A stretch of DNA of 64,000 nt from Botryllus schlosseri (GCA_051294905.1 CM119372.1:15812001-15876000), one strand, 5' to 3'. Positions 1-13,917 are shown, counted from the stretch's first letter. Notes: a model not told the origin generated them from the letters alone. A program made the numbers and translations.

Positions 1-1149
1 ACCGGTTTCGTCCGCTTATAAGCGAAAGACAACGTGGACCTACGTAATATAAAACTGAAATTTATAGCATAGCGACATATGCAGTGCATTTAATCCATTG
101 AATTATAATATACTCTATACTGCACGGCTGGACAAGGGCGGGCGTAGAACAGAAATAATGCAGTCGTCCATACACAAAATTAATTTAGCTAGTGCTGGTG
201 GCGTCAAAATGCAATTTCAATCAAAGAATTGGATTCCGAATTTTGGAGAAAATTTTTAATGCAACCTTAAATCTATCTTGGCGCTTCGCGCGATTGACGT
301 GGGGGAGGGGGTTCGACGTTTCGTTTTTAATATAGTAGTGTCGTTGAAATCTGAGACCCACCGTAAAAATGAGAACAGCAGAGGAAAAGTACGTGCCCCA
401 GAACCAATGTGGTATCGCGTGTGCCTCACGAATGAATATTTTTCTGTTATGTTTGGACTATTACAATAAATGTTCTGACTACACCGAAAATACTTACGGA
501 AGTTCAAGAAATAGCGACGTGCAGCAAAGTGATTAACAGTAACCCGAAGATGCATCACCATTAATTGTGTACTCACAATTTCAACTCTACCGGTAAATTT
601 AATACCAATTACGTAGGCTGCGAAAGGATAAATAAATGATAGTAATATGCGCAACTAACAATATTATCGATAAAATTAATTCCCAGAGTTGTTGAATTGA
701 AGGGCTATCGAGGTACAAATTCCTTCAGCAGCCAATTTAACATGAATATTTGGTGTGGGCTGTTATGACTGTCCGCTGGAATGCGGCAGTGCGCAATATA
801 TGCAATCGAAATGCGGCAATGAATTCTTGGCTAATGGTAGGCTACACTGCAAAATCCATAAATAAATTTATGAACTCGTCGTTCGTGTTCGTTCGAGGTT
901 GTTGTTGTTGTTACTACTGTTATTGCTTAAACGGAAAAATGCGGCGATCAGTGGCGAATGTTTACCAAGGCATTGCGGCCCCTCGTCGTCATCCTGGTCC
1001 GTACCGGATTTCTACACGTGTGACAAATAAATGAATCTGAGTAAAAACGATCAAATAACAGAATAGCCTATAACACTGAAGTTACAAATAGCGGTTATAC
1101 GATAAAACAAATTCAAATACATACGAAACTATGCGAGAATCAATGAGTA

Positions 1150-1480
1150 AATCAGCACTACAGAAATTCACTTTCAATTAGGCATATTTATCGATAAGAT
1201 ATTTTCGATGATAATCATATCTCGGACGACTAATTATAAAATGGTCTAGGGTTTCTGGTTAGCGACTGTAGCTACAAAAAGGAGAGTCAGTCATTTCAAT
1301 TTTAAACAAATTCATATTCAGACGACAGTGGCCGGACTGCAGACGAAAAACAATACTTACATCTAGGCAATTTCTACGTACAGGAGGTTTATTCGAACTG
1401 GAAGAATTGAAATTTTCATAATCATGACCGTTGTCGGACGTTCGGAATTCTTGGTCCCAAGCAGTGTTATACAAGGTGCA
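1150..1480 (-). mobile_element. Decayed non-LTR retrotransposon (I/Nimb-like) ORF2 C-terminus
   Basis: FRLQSGHCRLNMNLFKI...SPFC...ETLDHFII.RPRY, resembling the C-terminal CCHC region of I-group LINEs. Confidence 0.6.
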
Positions 1481-1587
1481 TTCAATAGAAAATCGTCACC
1501 AACGTTCACCGCCTATTTTCACTGCAACGCAAAATTTAGTTTTCGGAATGATCGAACAATCAATTAAACAACGAATAGATTACTTGT

Positions 1588-1860
1588 GTGGTAAGATTGG
1601 AATGGTGATATATCCACAGCTGCAACACCAATGCGTTGCTAGTTCGAGTACGAACGAGGTTGACTCCAGAATTCCTACCTAAGTGTTGGTGGTTGATCTA
1701 GACTTCTCCCAATCAAAAGATCCTTGTAAGCGCTGTCTCATAAAATCTTGGAAGTGTGTCGCGCTACAAGTCGACAGCTGCGAAATAAGAATGAAACAGA
1801 TTGGCCTGGTGTAAATGACCACAGTGCAGTCTACAAACACTGCGAATACCGCAAACAACA
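1588..1860 (+). mobile_element. tRNA-derived SINE family 1, diverged copy
   Basis: Homologous to 4868 and 35544 copies; aacaacgaataga repeated on both flanks. Confidence 0.8.
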
Positions 1861-2961
1861 ACAACGAATAGACTAATTATTCAGTGACAGTGATTGTAAG
1901 ATTGTTTTCACACATTGTGTCTGTCCGGTAATTCGTACAAATGTGACTCTGGCATAGCGTATAGTTATCATATACATTAATATATTACTTTACGGAAATG
2001 TAGGGTTAGAATTAGCAATATAACGTCGCTTAACGTCATAGGTTCGTGGTCACGTTCGCGCTCACACAGAGCCTTTCAGGGGTTCGCCTCATCCCTGATG
2101 TTTAGTAGGGACGGCGTGAATGTGGGATTCACGTTCGCGTTGTGCGTGTGTGAACCTCCGAAATTTGGGAATTCGCGATCGCAAACGAAATTGGTATGTT
2201 CTGTACTGTGAACCTTTCCCATTTATCACAATGTTTTCATTTCAATATCACATTTTTCGTTGAAATTCTCTACATTTCAACTTTTGGCCACCCTCCGCAT
2301 GGCGTTGAAGAGAAATTAAACACTAAACGAGTATGCACATTGCCCCTTTCGAAATTGTTGTTGGTTCTGTTCAAAAAGTTTGCTCGAATTATTCAGCTTA
2401 ACGTTCCTGAATATTTGTGACTCTCTGCTGTGAGCTTGGCCCGAAATAACAATTATAATCATTGAAGGCTTAAATGTATGTTCCGCTGTATAGTGACCAT
2501 GTCTGGCTCCACCTGTACGCAGGGTTGCCATACCGTCCTTATTTTTAAGATTGTCCTTATTTTGAAGGGTCAGGTCTTAGAAAACTCAACCGTCCTTTTT
2601 TCGATTTGCGTCCTTATTTAGTCTTATTTTCAACAACACAAAACTGCGATGGTTTTCCTCTGGTATCGGCGTGGTATAATATTCTAAAGATATGCTTTTG
2701 CGTCGACATTCTATGACATCATAAATGAAAGGAGCACCCTAGGCGTACGTACACACCTCAGGATTTGAATTCGAAGTGGTGAGATAGCTAGGGCAGTGAT
2801 GGGTATAGCAGTTTCGGCTGTACCAAGCTATTAAGGCCGACCTCATTCTCGCTGTAAATCGCAGTACCAGGTTTCTGCTGTAAAAAGTAGTAAAGCTATA
2901 AATCATTGATAAATTTATCTAAACTATATGGCACATATGTATAGTTTTGGCTACTAATAAG

Positions 2962-3891
2962 CAGTGTTGGGATGACTCGAGTCATGACGTGACTCGAGTC
3001 AGACTCGAGTCACCTTTTTTGAATGACTTGACTTGACTCGAGTCACTTTGCTAAAATGACTTGACTTGACTTGACTCGGCGTATCAGAAACATGGATTGA
3101 CTCGTGACTCGGAGCAAAATTCACGAGTCAATTTCAAGTCATCAAGTAATCGATGTCGATAACAATCACTGAATCTTGCATATATTCGGATTGTTCGCGA
3201 AACGCTGGTGTAACTGTGAGAGCAATTAATCGCTCGACCAATCATTTAATGATCGTGCGTTTTACTGAGCCTCCATTGTTCCCTCACAAATAAATTGACC
3301 GCAATCAAAGTGATCGAAGCTCACAGTTTACGTTGTCGTAAACTAGTACAGTAAAGTAATTAATCTCTGTTTTTACCTTAACCAAACTTCTTGTTTTATT
3401 GAAATTGAATTCGAATATAATTTATATTGTCCTCAACCTCAACCATTGGCGCAGGCTCGAATTGTATCATATCGATTTGCAGATGGGTAATGCATTGCTT
3501 CCTATGAATTCGTATCTATTCTATATTTTGGCTGGTAACTATAAACTGTGGTTTAGCGATATAGCGCCTTCTTATGTGTAAATTTAACTTTTTATTCGTT
3601 CATCGGTTCAAAATCAATGACCACTCAATCTGTATTTCAGACAGCTAGCAAAATGCAATGACGTTATCATGCCCCATACTTTGAAAAAGCAACTTGACTT
3701 GAATTGTGACTTGACTCGTGTCTTGACTTGACTTGACTCGATTTGACTCGAGTCACATTCAAAAATCGAGTGACTTGACTTGACTCGAGTCACCTTTGAA
3801 AATCGATTGACTTAACTTGATTCTAGTCAAAATGTGCAATGACTCGAAATGACTCGTGACTCGATGGTATAGTAACTTGATCCCAACACTG
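2962..3891. mobile_element. hAT MITE, GACTC/GACTT-repeat family
   Basis: 12-bp TIR cagtgttgggat; perfect TSD ctaataag; subterminal gactcgagtc arrays. Confidence 0.9.
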
Positions 3892-4867
3892 CTAATAAGG
3901 CTACATCTGATTAAAATGAGGAAGCATAAAAACGTTTTTCGTGACCTTTATTAGAGAGAATTCAAAGGTAGGCCTATAAAACGAAGCTTGAAGGGCCAGT
4001 GTTTCACACATATCAATATCTGCAATTGTGACATCACCCTGGAAGCCATAGGAAAGACCGCTATTTCAACTAGCATTAATACCCAAAAACACAAGAAGCC
4101 AGTCGTTGAATATTTTTCACAAGTCAATCAGCACCAACGACCAGCACAGACTATAAGACAGCCGCTGCTGAGGGTACCTGGGTATTCCATACTGTCAAAC
4201 ACCAGCACTTTCAGCAATCATTCCTCACCAACGATTACACATCGCAATTTTTCAAAGCAATATTCCCGATTCCAACATCACAAAGAAGTTTGTTTCGGCC
4301 AGGACCAAGACTACAAAGATTGTTGCTGCAGTTCTTGCTCTATACGCTCAAAAATGAATTTGTCTGAACTTAGTGTAGGCTACAGCCTTTTTCCATCTCG
4401 GCCGACGCCTCTAATCACAACAAGGTAAAGTTATTTCATCTAGTCATCAGGTTCTCCAACGCCAAAGTTGGATCGCGCGTGCGTCTTCTTGACCTGAGAT
4501 CGATGCCAGCCGAGACCTCGGCACAGATGACGAACTTTATTCTCTTCTTTATTCAAGAGAATGGCTTAGACATGAGGCAGCTGCCATCCTTTTTTGCCAA
4601 TAATGCACCAGTTAATTTTGGAGGATTACAGCATAGTGGTACAACCAACGTCTTCTCTCGCCTCAAAGAGTAATCATTTCATCTGATCCCTGTCGCCTGC
4701 CCTACTCATATTTTGCAGAACGCAGCAGAGACGGGGTCTGAGAGCCTCGCACTTGACATAAAAACAATCGTATTGAAGATTGCTCGCCAAACAAGACAAG
4801 GAAAGGATTTAGTGAAATCACAGTCAAATCCCAGCTACAAGTGAAGATAAACTTACACCTGACTTGT

Positions 4868-5149
4868 GTGGCGAGATAACGCAGTGGTATAATCCGCGGC
4901 TGCAACACCAATGGGTGCGGGTTCGAGTCCGACCGAGGTCGACTTCCGAATTCCGACACGTAAGTGTTGGAGGTTTACCTAGGCTCCTCCTCGCCACCTC
5001 ATCCGCGTCAGCGGTGTGTTACAAAAAGCCTAGAGGTGGACCGTGCTATAAGTCGGCAGTTACGGAAAATAAGAAGAATATCGGCCTGGTGTAAATGACG
5101 ATAGCAGTCGACAAACACCATGAATACCCCAAAACAAACAAACAAACAA
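4868..5149 (+). mobile_element. tRNA-derived SINE family 1, full length
   Basis: A-box-like taacgcagtgg, B-box ggttcgagtcc, (caaa)n tail, TSD acacct(g/t)acttgt. Confidence 0.9.
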
Positions 5150-6300
5150 ACACCTTACTTGTCGTGAGATCTATGAAGCACCTTCTAAAGGAGTTGCTGG
5201 AGCACATTGTTTCTGGAAAAAAGTATGGAATGTGATATGACACGGCTCTTATGAATACAATGCCCGTACAAATGCTAATCAAATTTTTCGACTGTCCTTA
5301 TTTTTGGGTCCATGTCAATGGCAACCCTGCCTAAACGCACGTGAGCAGAGAAAATATGGCGCACAAAACGAATTCCTTGTATTAGTGCTACCAATACGTC
5401 ACAAAATTTCAATTGTAACGTAACAGTTGATTGACATAATGATTCTTTGGGAGCTACATTTGAAAATACCGGGTCAATATGACTCTTCGGCCGAAAATGG
5501 TTCGCGGCCTTTAGTATGGGGTGTTTGAACACCTCAATCACCGAGCCCATATATTCTCGATAGGTTTACTATATGATATATACTCAGTGACGTGCGGTCC
5601 AATGAGGCAGTGTCTCACCTGCAGTCAGGGTGAGTAAGTGAAAATTGTGAAAACCCTCCATGAGTCGATGATTATATTGATCTTTTACATCGATGTTTAT
5701 AAATAACGAAATTTGAACATTTGTTCACATAACACCATCAATTTGCATAAATATTATTCAAGAATACAGCGCCAAAGGAGAGGTGAGGCACAGGTGAGGC
5801 ACGGACGGGGCGTGCCTCACCTAAGACAATGCAATTCATCATAAATAGTTCGGAATTCATAATAACTGGTATCAATCAAATGCTATCGTCACACTGATTC
5901 CAAAAATCCAAATATTAACAGTATCAGAGCTCCAGAACCCCTCCAAAATCGCCAAGGAAGGTGACACTAGGATTTATTACAGACAATGCGGTCGCAGAGA
6001 AACGATAGCCTGGTGAGGCACAAACGAATCTGTCTCGTGCACTATTCGCTAACAATTGGATAATCGCAGCACAGTGAAACGCGCTGTCGATTTCGGAATC
6101 GGAATACAACAGTCATGTAGGAATTACATAGTAGTGACGGCCAATACGTAATGCGGGCAAATACATTCCCTTACTGATGTAGCTGTTATGTATTTTCCAT
6201 CCACAGCTACGTTAAATTGTGGTATGTGACAGCTACTTGCATAGGCTTCATTGTCGTTGTTTGTGGCCTTTATGCTGTGTTCAACTGCAATACCTATAAC

Positions 6301-7640
6301 CAGGCCGTGTTATTTTTGGCATTTCGGAAGCCAGATGCCAAAACTGCCAAAAATAAAAATTTGAAAATGCCAAAAATAACTAATTTTTGGCATATGCCAA
6401 AAATAACACAGCCTGCCAATAGTGTATTTCTTTCATGGTGTTGTGTTAACAGGACCGCATTACAAGTGTGAAGGGCAGGTTTTTTACTCTATGGGTCCAG
6501 CCCACCCATTAGGGGAAAAAGCATGGTGTCCTAAAAGGTGTGGGCACAGCGAGATTGAACGGCTGACTGCATTTGGTTTACGTCACACTTTCCATTTGTC
6601 CAAAGGCAATTTTACGGCCATTTTTAACCGGCTTGCTGAGCGCTAAATTTGATAAAACGGGTATTAATGGAAAGCTGCCGCTGTACTGATTACTAAAATA
6701 TAAATTGTATTCTGCTCATGGATCTGGAACCCCCAAACTCCACTAAGATTTTTGCATTGTGATCAAGTTGAGCATTGTGACACAACAAACAGTCCGGCTA
6801 TTTCTGAGCTGCAGTCTCGTTTTGCCAAACAGTTTTGTTGCGTTAATGTTCTTAAACAAGGTAACCTTCCCAGGACTTTTCCATGTGAGTTGGTTATTTT
6901 TAAGCCATCTTACGTGACAAAAGTCCTGCTAAAATATATCGGTAGACTGATGCAGATGGGATGGTCGCGCTACAAAATAGAATGTGTTAAGAGACAACAC
7001 AGGGAACTCCTGGAAAGTATCGGGAAGAAAATTCTTTTCGCGATGAGATCGATGGCACTAGCCCAGTGATCTCTTTTCATGATGCTTGGAAGCCGGTTCT
7101 GCCCTCCGAAATTTTGAAGCTCTGAAAACCTTTTGTGGGGGATTGGCAACATTCTTTCCCTCAACGGCTACTGTTGAAGCCGATATTTCCCACATTCGTT
7201 GGGCGAAAAATTAATTCAGGAGAAACTTTGCTGACCTGAGTTTGGAAGCACTGTTACAGTGCAGACAATTTAAGTCTATTCAAAAGCTGTAACAATCAGG
7301 AGTTGAGCGTGTTTGTTAGGCTTCTCATTCTTTTTGCTTATTGGCACCGATTCCGAATGGATACTGCACATTTTGTGGTTTTGTTTGATAATATTAACCT
7401 ATGTAATCGCTAGGTTTTTTCTTCTTATTATTGTTTGTTGGTACTTATTATAAGTGGAAGCTGCACATTTTCTGGTCTCTATTGATAAACTGACCCAAAT
7501 AAGGCGTTTTTATGACTAATTCGAGTCTGAAAATATCTATTTAGAGGTCGATGCCAAAACTGCCAAAAATAAAAATTGAAAAATGCCAAAAATAAGCTAT
7601 TTTTGGCAGTTTTGGCATATGCCAAAAATAACACGGCCTG
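6301..7640 (+). mobile_element. hAT-like element with transposase C-terminal remnant
   Basis: 22-bp TIR caggccgtgttatttttggcat; perfect TSD cctataac; FCGGLATFFPSTATVEADISHIRWAK...LSLEALLQCRQF at about 7120-7290. Confidence 0.85.
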
Positions 7641-8168
7641 CCTATAACCCTTAATTGTGGCATGTGATGGCTATACTTACATAGCCTGCGTTGTTGTTGT
7701 TTGTGGTCGGTGGTGCCGCTCCTAGTGGTTTTTACACTAGAATGACTAGATCCAGAGTATTTTGACTTGACCCAGTAGTGTCCTAGTGTATTTTCCATAG
7801 AAATTCGGCAAATCTAGTTTGTAAATAAGGATGCTATTTTCATGTCTTTCGGATAATTTATACCGGTACTTGAAGAGATAGTAATTATTATCCGTCTAAA
7901 CTTGCCCATTTAGCACAATAGACACAGGAGTGACACTATGCTGAAGAATCGATTGCCACTTATTACTGTGGCGAGCCCAATATTAATATGAAAAGGAGCA
8001 TCTCGTTTGTTGCACTTCCTCTTTATCGAGTTTTAATCCGTCATTCTTGAGTATTCCGAAGATGTAGATATGGTATGCTAATCTACAATGGGTATATATA
8101 GCTGTGTACTGCCCGATTGAAAAATTGCTCACCTTGCCCAACTCGTGTAAGCGATATTTACCATAGAA

Positions 8169-10074
8169 CAGGGGTTCTTAACCTTGCCCCCAGCGCCCCC
8201 CAGGGGGCACTGACGATTTTGGAGGGGGCGGAAACGCTCACGGGGCAAAATGGGGGGCGCCGGGCTCAGGGGGGCGGTATGGGCGGCGCTGGAGAAAAAT
8301 GGCTTCGCAGTAGATGATGTGGTGATATCCGTAATGAGTATTCAGAGCAAATTATCACCGAACTCTTCGTTATATATAGCCTTCAAAATACATATAGGTT
8401 TAATTGTCCTTGGACGCCTAAATGACTGGCACGGAATGTTCCTGTCTTGGCAATTTGAACCCCAGAAGACGAATTCCATCTGTCAGTGAAAAATTATATG
8501 CCAGTGAAGAAAACCAATTTGAAATCGTGTACGTCTTTTAGTTCAGTACGATTGGGCGACAGGGATATTCCTGTTGGGCGATGTCCCTGTTGGGCGATTC
8601 TATATTTTTTGATATTGCAGACAGGAAGTCACGAAATAACATCATGCAACGAAGTCATACCACTAACGGGTTCGCCGGCCCGAATATGTTTAATTATTAG
8701 TTACGCGCCCTGCAGTTTTCAAGACAACTCGCAATGTTCGCTTCAAGTTTTGATAAGTCTGCGCACACTCAACAACTCACTGCGCTGACCCTTGAACAAC
8801 AGTGCGTAACGACTAAAAAAAGGTCATAACTTCGGATTTGTTGTGCGCAACGTAGATTTTCTGTGCGCAGAGACCGTGTCAGCATTGCGCACGTGCGCAG
8901 CTTAGAGGGACCATTGCACCTCACTCAGCTCTACAGGTAAATCTGGTAACGTGAGCAGAGAGAGGACAAGAAATTGATAGCAATATATATGCAATCACCG
9001 ATCTTACTGACCGATTTTAGCATGCATTATCGAAATTTTTCGCGCTTCCCACTGGATCGCTAAACAGTACAGCTGATTCCGTGGCAGAAGCGAACAACGT
9101 GATGGGGGGCGGCCGGTTTATCACCATATGGGAGCCCAAGACCCAAGTTTTTTCGGGGGCCTGACGAAGTGACGTTTTGTTCCTGCCAACGGGTATACGC
9201 CCGAAGATGTATAATTATTAGGGCTATTGAGGGGTCCTACTTTTTCAATCGCACATCACTCAGCTTTACCGGTAAATCTGTTTACGTGAGCAGAGAGAGG
9301 ATAAAAATTGAACTCAATCTACATGCAATTCCCGATCATATTGACAAATTCAATCATTAATTAGTGAAATTTATCGCGCTTCGCGCGTCTAAGCGAGAAT
9401 AGCTGCCTCAGTAAATAAACACCCAATGTAGATACCTAGTATCAGCAAAAAGCGGACAGCCGAATGGGGGTCTGGGGGTGAAGTACCCCGGAAGTTTGGT
9501 TTATCACCCGATGGGGGCCCAGGACCAACGTTCTTTTGTTTGGGGGGGGGGCTGACGAAGTGCTGTTACGGCCCTGGTAACGAATAATTGTACCTACGGG
9601 CACGCCCGAATATGTTTAATTATTAATTACGTGCCCTTTATTTTCCTATACAACAGCTCACTCAGCGCTACTGGTAAATCTGATTACGTGGGCTGAGAGG
9701 ATAAAAAGTTTATAGCGACTTATTTATGTAATTACCACCTATTCATGCATGCATTATAGAAAATTTTGGTACCTAGGGCCAGGGATATCTAGACTAGTCT
9801 AAATATCCCTGCCTAGGGCGACCAGGCCACACAAACTTTGCTGACCATCGAAATAACGCTATGGGGTTCGCGGGGGCGACGCCCTCAGAAGTTTGGTTTA
9901 TCACGCTATTGGTGCGCAAGGCAATCGTTTTTAGGGGGGTTGACGAAGTGCTGTTACGGCCCTCCCTCTTACTCATTGTCTTTATTACATTCCTTACAAT
10001 AGGAAGTTGGGGGGCGCTGGAGCACGATAATGTTTGAAAGGGGGCGCTGGAGGAAAAAAGGTTAAGAACCACTG
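8169..10074. mobile_element. hAT (Charlie/Buster-type) MITE with nested repeats, including about three tandem-like units (near 8920, 9260, 9660)
   Basis: TIR cagg/tggttcttaacctt; TSD ccatagaa/ccacagaa. Confidence 0.8.
9780..9811. mobile_element. 32-bp TIR-only micro-MITE
   Basis: Palindrome cagggatatctagact|agtctaaatatccctg (15/16); perfect TSD cctagggc. Confidence 0.75.
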
Positions 10075-12382
10075 CCACAGAACGTACGCCACAGGTAGGA
10101 CTGTAGGCTATCTGTATGAAATTCAGAGGTGAAAGCTAATTTGGACCACCGGTATAGAGATAGTAACTTCTCTATACATGGTGGGAAGAACAAAGGTCGA
10201 AAAGTACACTTTTTCTTTGCTTCAATCGAATTTCATTTCGACGAAATTGCGACCATAAAGCGCATATGGTTTGCTTCGGTTGCATGAAATCTCATATCCC
10301 ATGGGCGTTGCGCAGAGCACGTATGAGATTTATATCGACGAGAGTCCAGAGTTCAATCGTTGTTCCTCATTTTCCCCACTTGTCAGTGCAAACATACAGA
10401 TGCATCAAAAACATCACCTTATCGCAGAGATTTTACAAACAATCGGAATAGGATACGAAGTCGACATCCTGAATTAAACCAGTCTTGTCATCATCAATGT
10501 CAACGGAATGAAAATGCAGATCAATTGGTCTTGTAAAGAATCAGTTAACCAGCTATTCCATGAGATACTGACTCGGATACATATATCAAGGGTGTGAAAC
10601 ATCCAGCACGCAGGACGATTTCATCCGGCCCACGAAGCAATTTTGTTAAACCTCATAGATCTCATTATAACCATCCGACAGCTTTGTTCAGCTGTCATTC
10701 TATTCATCATTAGAAACAAGTGCCGACATTAACACCCAATTCTAGGAAGGTCTAAAAGTGCACCCGGAGTTCAGACTTTTCGTTAAAACTTGATGAAAAC
10801 GTATAGTTATTCACAGAAACGAAAACGCCAATGCGAAAACGTTTTATGCGGATTCCATGGTAAATATATTAGTTACACAAAAATATACTTCAAATATCTG
10901 TGGTCGCAATGCTGTATCAGTTCTGACTGCTGACATAGATTCCTGGCCACCTTCAATCAGTTTATAACTTTATTCAACCGGTCAAGTCAATCATCGTATT
11001 TTTGCCAATTCCATTGCTTGCGAGTAAGGGTGTTCATAAAATAAAACCCTGTGATACGTAATATAATTTAATATATTATTGTACATGCAGGCTTCATAAT
11101 AAAGTATACAAGTGCTAAACAAGTGCACAGATTTTGGGGCAACATTTTGTAATCATTTGACTGGTCCGGCCCGCGAGCGATCTGAAGGTTTAAATCCGGC
11201 CCGCCACGCCAGTTGAGTTGGACATCCCTGATTCAAATTACCGTATGTGACGTCGGCGCTTTTCTGCAAATAACGTACTTCCGAATGCGGCTTACTTGCT
11301 GCGCAGGCTCGAACCAATCGCAATGATATATTGGGAATGTTTCCCAACCGCTCACGACAGCAGATGTCAATTTGCTCTACAATGTGTAATAATTGATCTT
11401 GTTCCGATTATACAAACTGGACATTGCGGCACTGCAGATTGAGCGAATTCCACAATGGACCGGTATAAGATGCAGTTTGTCAAAGTAGCATGGTTGAAGA
11501 GAAAGCGGATGGGTCTCTTTGGTAAGTATTAACACAAATCGGTAAGTCTCCTAATATATAATAGAAAATAGCGATATTGTGAAGTTATTTACTGCTTACT
11601 CTGGCGGAAAGCGCGCTTATCTATACCATGAACTCGCAGGCAGGGGAAATTTGCTCGCGGAATGAAATACTGATTTCAACACGCACTCAAATCAATTGCG
11701 CATGGACCCCCAGCGATCAAGCAGCCGAGACGCGCTAAGGTGAGATGAAATTGACGTTCACGATCCTGCTATTCGCTGCACATCTGATGCGTGCGGAAGG
11801 TGAAGTGTTATATGTGGGTAATGCCGCTATGGCGTATTTACTAGAATATTATAATGGGTTCGGTATAAGTTACAAAGTAGTGAACAAGGCAGTATAATTT
11901 GATACAACGACGAGTTCGAGGATGTCGAAGACTTCCATTCAGATGTAGATTGATTCTGATTTCCAAATCGTATTCCATTGCGACCAACTATCCAGTTGGT
12001 TATTCTAACATCGCAAATGATTTTTGCTATGGAAAGAAGAAGCAATCGATCGGCAGTGCTATTACGTCACAATTGTAGCAGGCGGTATATATCTGGCACT
12101 TGAGAAATCACTTTCTTTTGTTGCACTAAAATCGCGAGAAAGTTGCACTTAATTTTAACAAAAGTTGCAGTAAAAAGTTTCATTTATAATTTTTATTGAA
12201 TTATTAGGGTATGAGGTACTCGATAGGTTCCGCTGTATAACCTAGTTCCCGCAGTGCTGTCAAATTTGTTACTTTGTCATAACGAACGGTCTGACGAAAC
12301 CATAAAAAACTACATTTTTTCCAGGCACACAGCAAGCTAATTACGCAATGAGGGAACGATTTTGTCGCGGTCATTAGCCCGC

Positions 12383-12600
12383 GACGATCGAGGTCGACTT
12401 CAGAATTCCTATATCTAAGTGTTGGAGGTTTATCTAGACTCCTCATTGCCACATCATCCGCGTAAGCGGTGTCTTACAAAAAGCCTAGAAGTGGGCCGTG
12501 CTATAAGTCGGCAGCTACGGAATGAAAATGAAGAATATCGACCTGGTGTAAATGACCATAGTAGTCGACAATCACCATGAATATCTCAAAACCAACCAAC
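12383..12600 (+). mobile_element. 5'-truncated SINE family 1
   Basis: Matches body and tail of the 4868 copy. Confidence 0.85.
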
Positions 12601-13145
12601 GGCGAGTAACCAAGCACCGGTTGTCTTGTCTGTATCAAATTCATATTCATGTGTTTATATCGGTATTTGTATTGACGATTTTCTTACTGATTGCCCTATA
12701 TCTCCGTATGTCGTTGAATTTTTGTATCGTTAAACCGCAATTTGTAACCGGAGTATATTATTCTATTCTCTAATTTGATCGTCAGTTCGTACATGCATCA
12801 ATATGTGTTATTCTGTAGCAGCCATTTATGTCCTGGTTGTTTTCTATACTGCATGATGTTTTTGATCGTTATTTCGCATTACCTCCTATCGTTGTATACA
12901 ATGTAAACAGTAATGACTTGTCGAGAATCAAGGAAGGCTCTCACGTGGGACCTATATTGATCTATTCAGTCGAAGAAAAACGTTCCTGAATTATTAATTT
13001 TGCGCCAATTTAACGTTTTTCTACGTGACGAAGCTACTATTTTTGTCTCAGCATATGCTGCATAAAGTACACGGACATTGTATTATATCGCAATACCAGA
13101 GCTCATAACGAATAGAAGAATACGTTTACATGTTGATATTTGCAG

Positions 13146-13326
13146 GATGTACCTCCCAGGGTTGCAGACGAAGAAAGAGATCTCTACATGATTCCCTAAC
13201 GGAAGAAGAAATATCTGGTCAGCTTGATGATTTTATTAAATCATGTATGGGTCTTACTGTCGAGATAAGAACAAACTGGGATGTTCTCGTCAACTGGTGG
13301 AGAGATACCCTGACTACATGTGATGA
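13146..13326 (+). CDS. Exon A of Cys-rich TSP1/trefoil-like secreted protein gene (CTSQGCRRRKRSLHDSL...TTCDE)
   Basis: Acceptor tttgcag|, open frame with furin-type RRRKR, donor GA|gtacga in phase 2, matching the next exon. Confidence 0.7.
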
Positions 13327-13917
13327 GTACGAATATTGTTTTAGATAATCGCATAACGTCCGGAGTTACATTTGTCATTTATGCCAGTTGGACCAATTAT
13401 GTAAATATTACGCTGCCGATTACGATCCAAGTGATTGCTGCCTCGAGGCTTTTTCTTGGTATGAAATACACGCGAAATGTCACAGCAAAAAGTTTATTTA
13501 TATGTCATCACAAAATCTGACTTGTTGCTTGTATTTGCTCTATAATTAGTGTAAATGCCTACACTGCTTTTACCTCGGGAAGGAATATAATGAGAGTTAC
13601 GTTTGCGCTGTGAAACGGTATTCCTATTACTGAGAAAGCCTCTAGTGGGCGTGTCTTATAGCATGTTGCTTAGCCTCCATTTTTCCCCCAGTGGCCCATA
13701 CCAAACACATTATAGCAATTGTTGCTAGCGTCGTTGAACTGAAGGATCACAATTCACGGCCGTTATTGCTTTCGTTCATTACACTCTATTTTTTTAGCGT
13801 TCATTACACTCCAGCCTGATACATGATAATGTGCGTTTCGAAATGATGTAGGCAAACTTGTGACACTGACGTTGTAGTTTAAAATGATATAAAAAGATTG
13901 CGGATATTACTCTAATC

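Larger units (their letters stand above)
2520..5329 (+). mobile_element. Decayed hAT transposon with transposase remnant (about 3990-4800), hosting a MITE and a SINE
   Basis: TIR cagggttgccat/atggcaaccctg; TSD cctgtacg/cctaaacg; ICNCDI...QKHKK zinc-finger-like and NNAPVNFGG...NVFSRLK...ACPTHILQN motifs. Confidence 0.8.

Noticed and set aside
256..1034. ORFs at the window start
   Set aside because: No recognisable motifs or convincing splice structure
2962..3891. CRISPR-like look of palindromic GACTCGAGTC arrays (also 17696, 42575)
   Set aside because: Irregular pentamer repeats inside TIR/TSD-bounded MITEs; no constant repeat-spacer period and no cas genes
4868..4940. tRNA gene (also 35544)
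   Set aside because: No complete cloverleaf; continues into a repeated body with tail and TSD, so it is a SINE head
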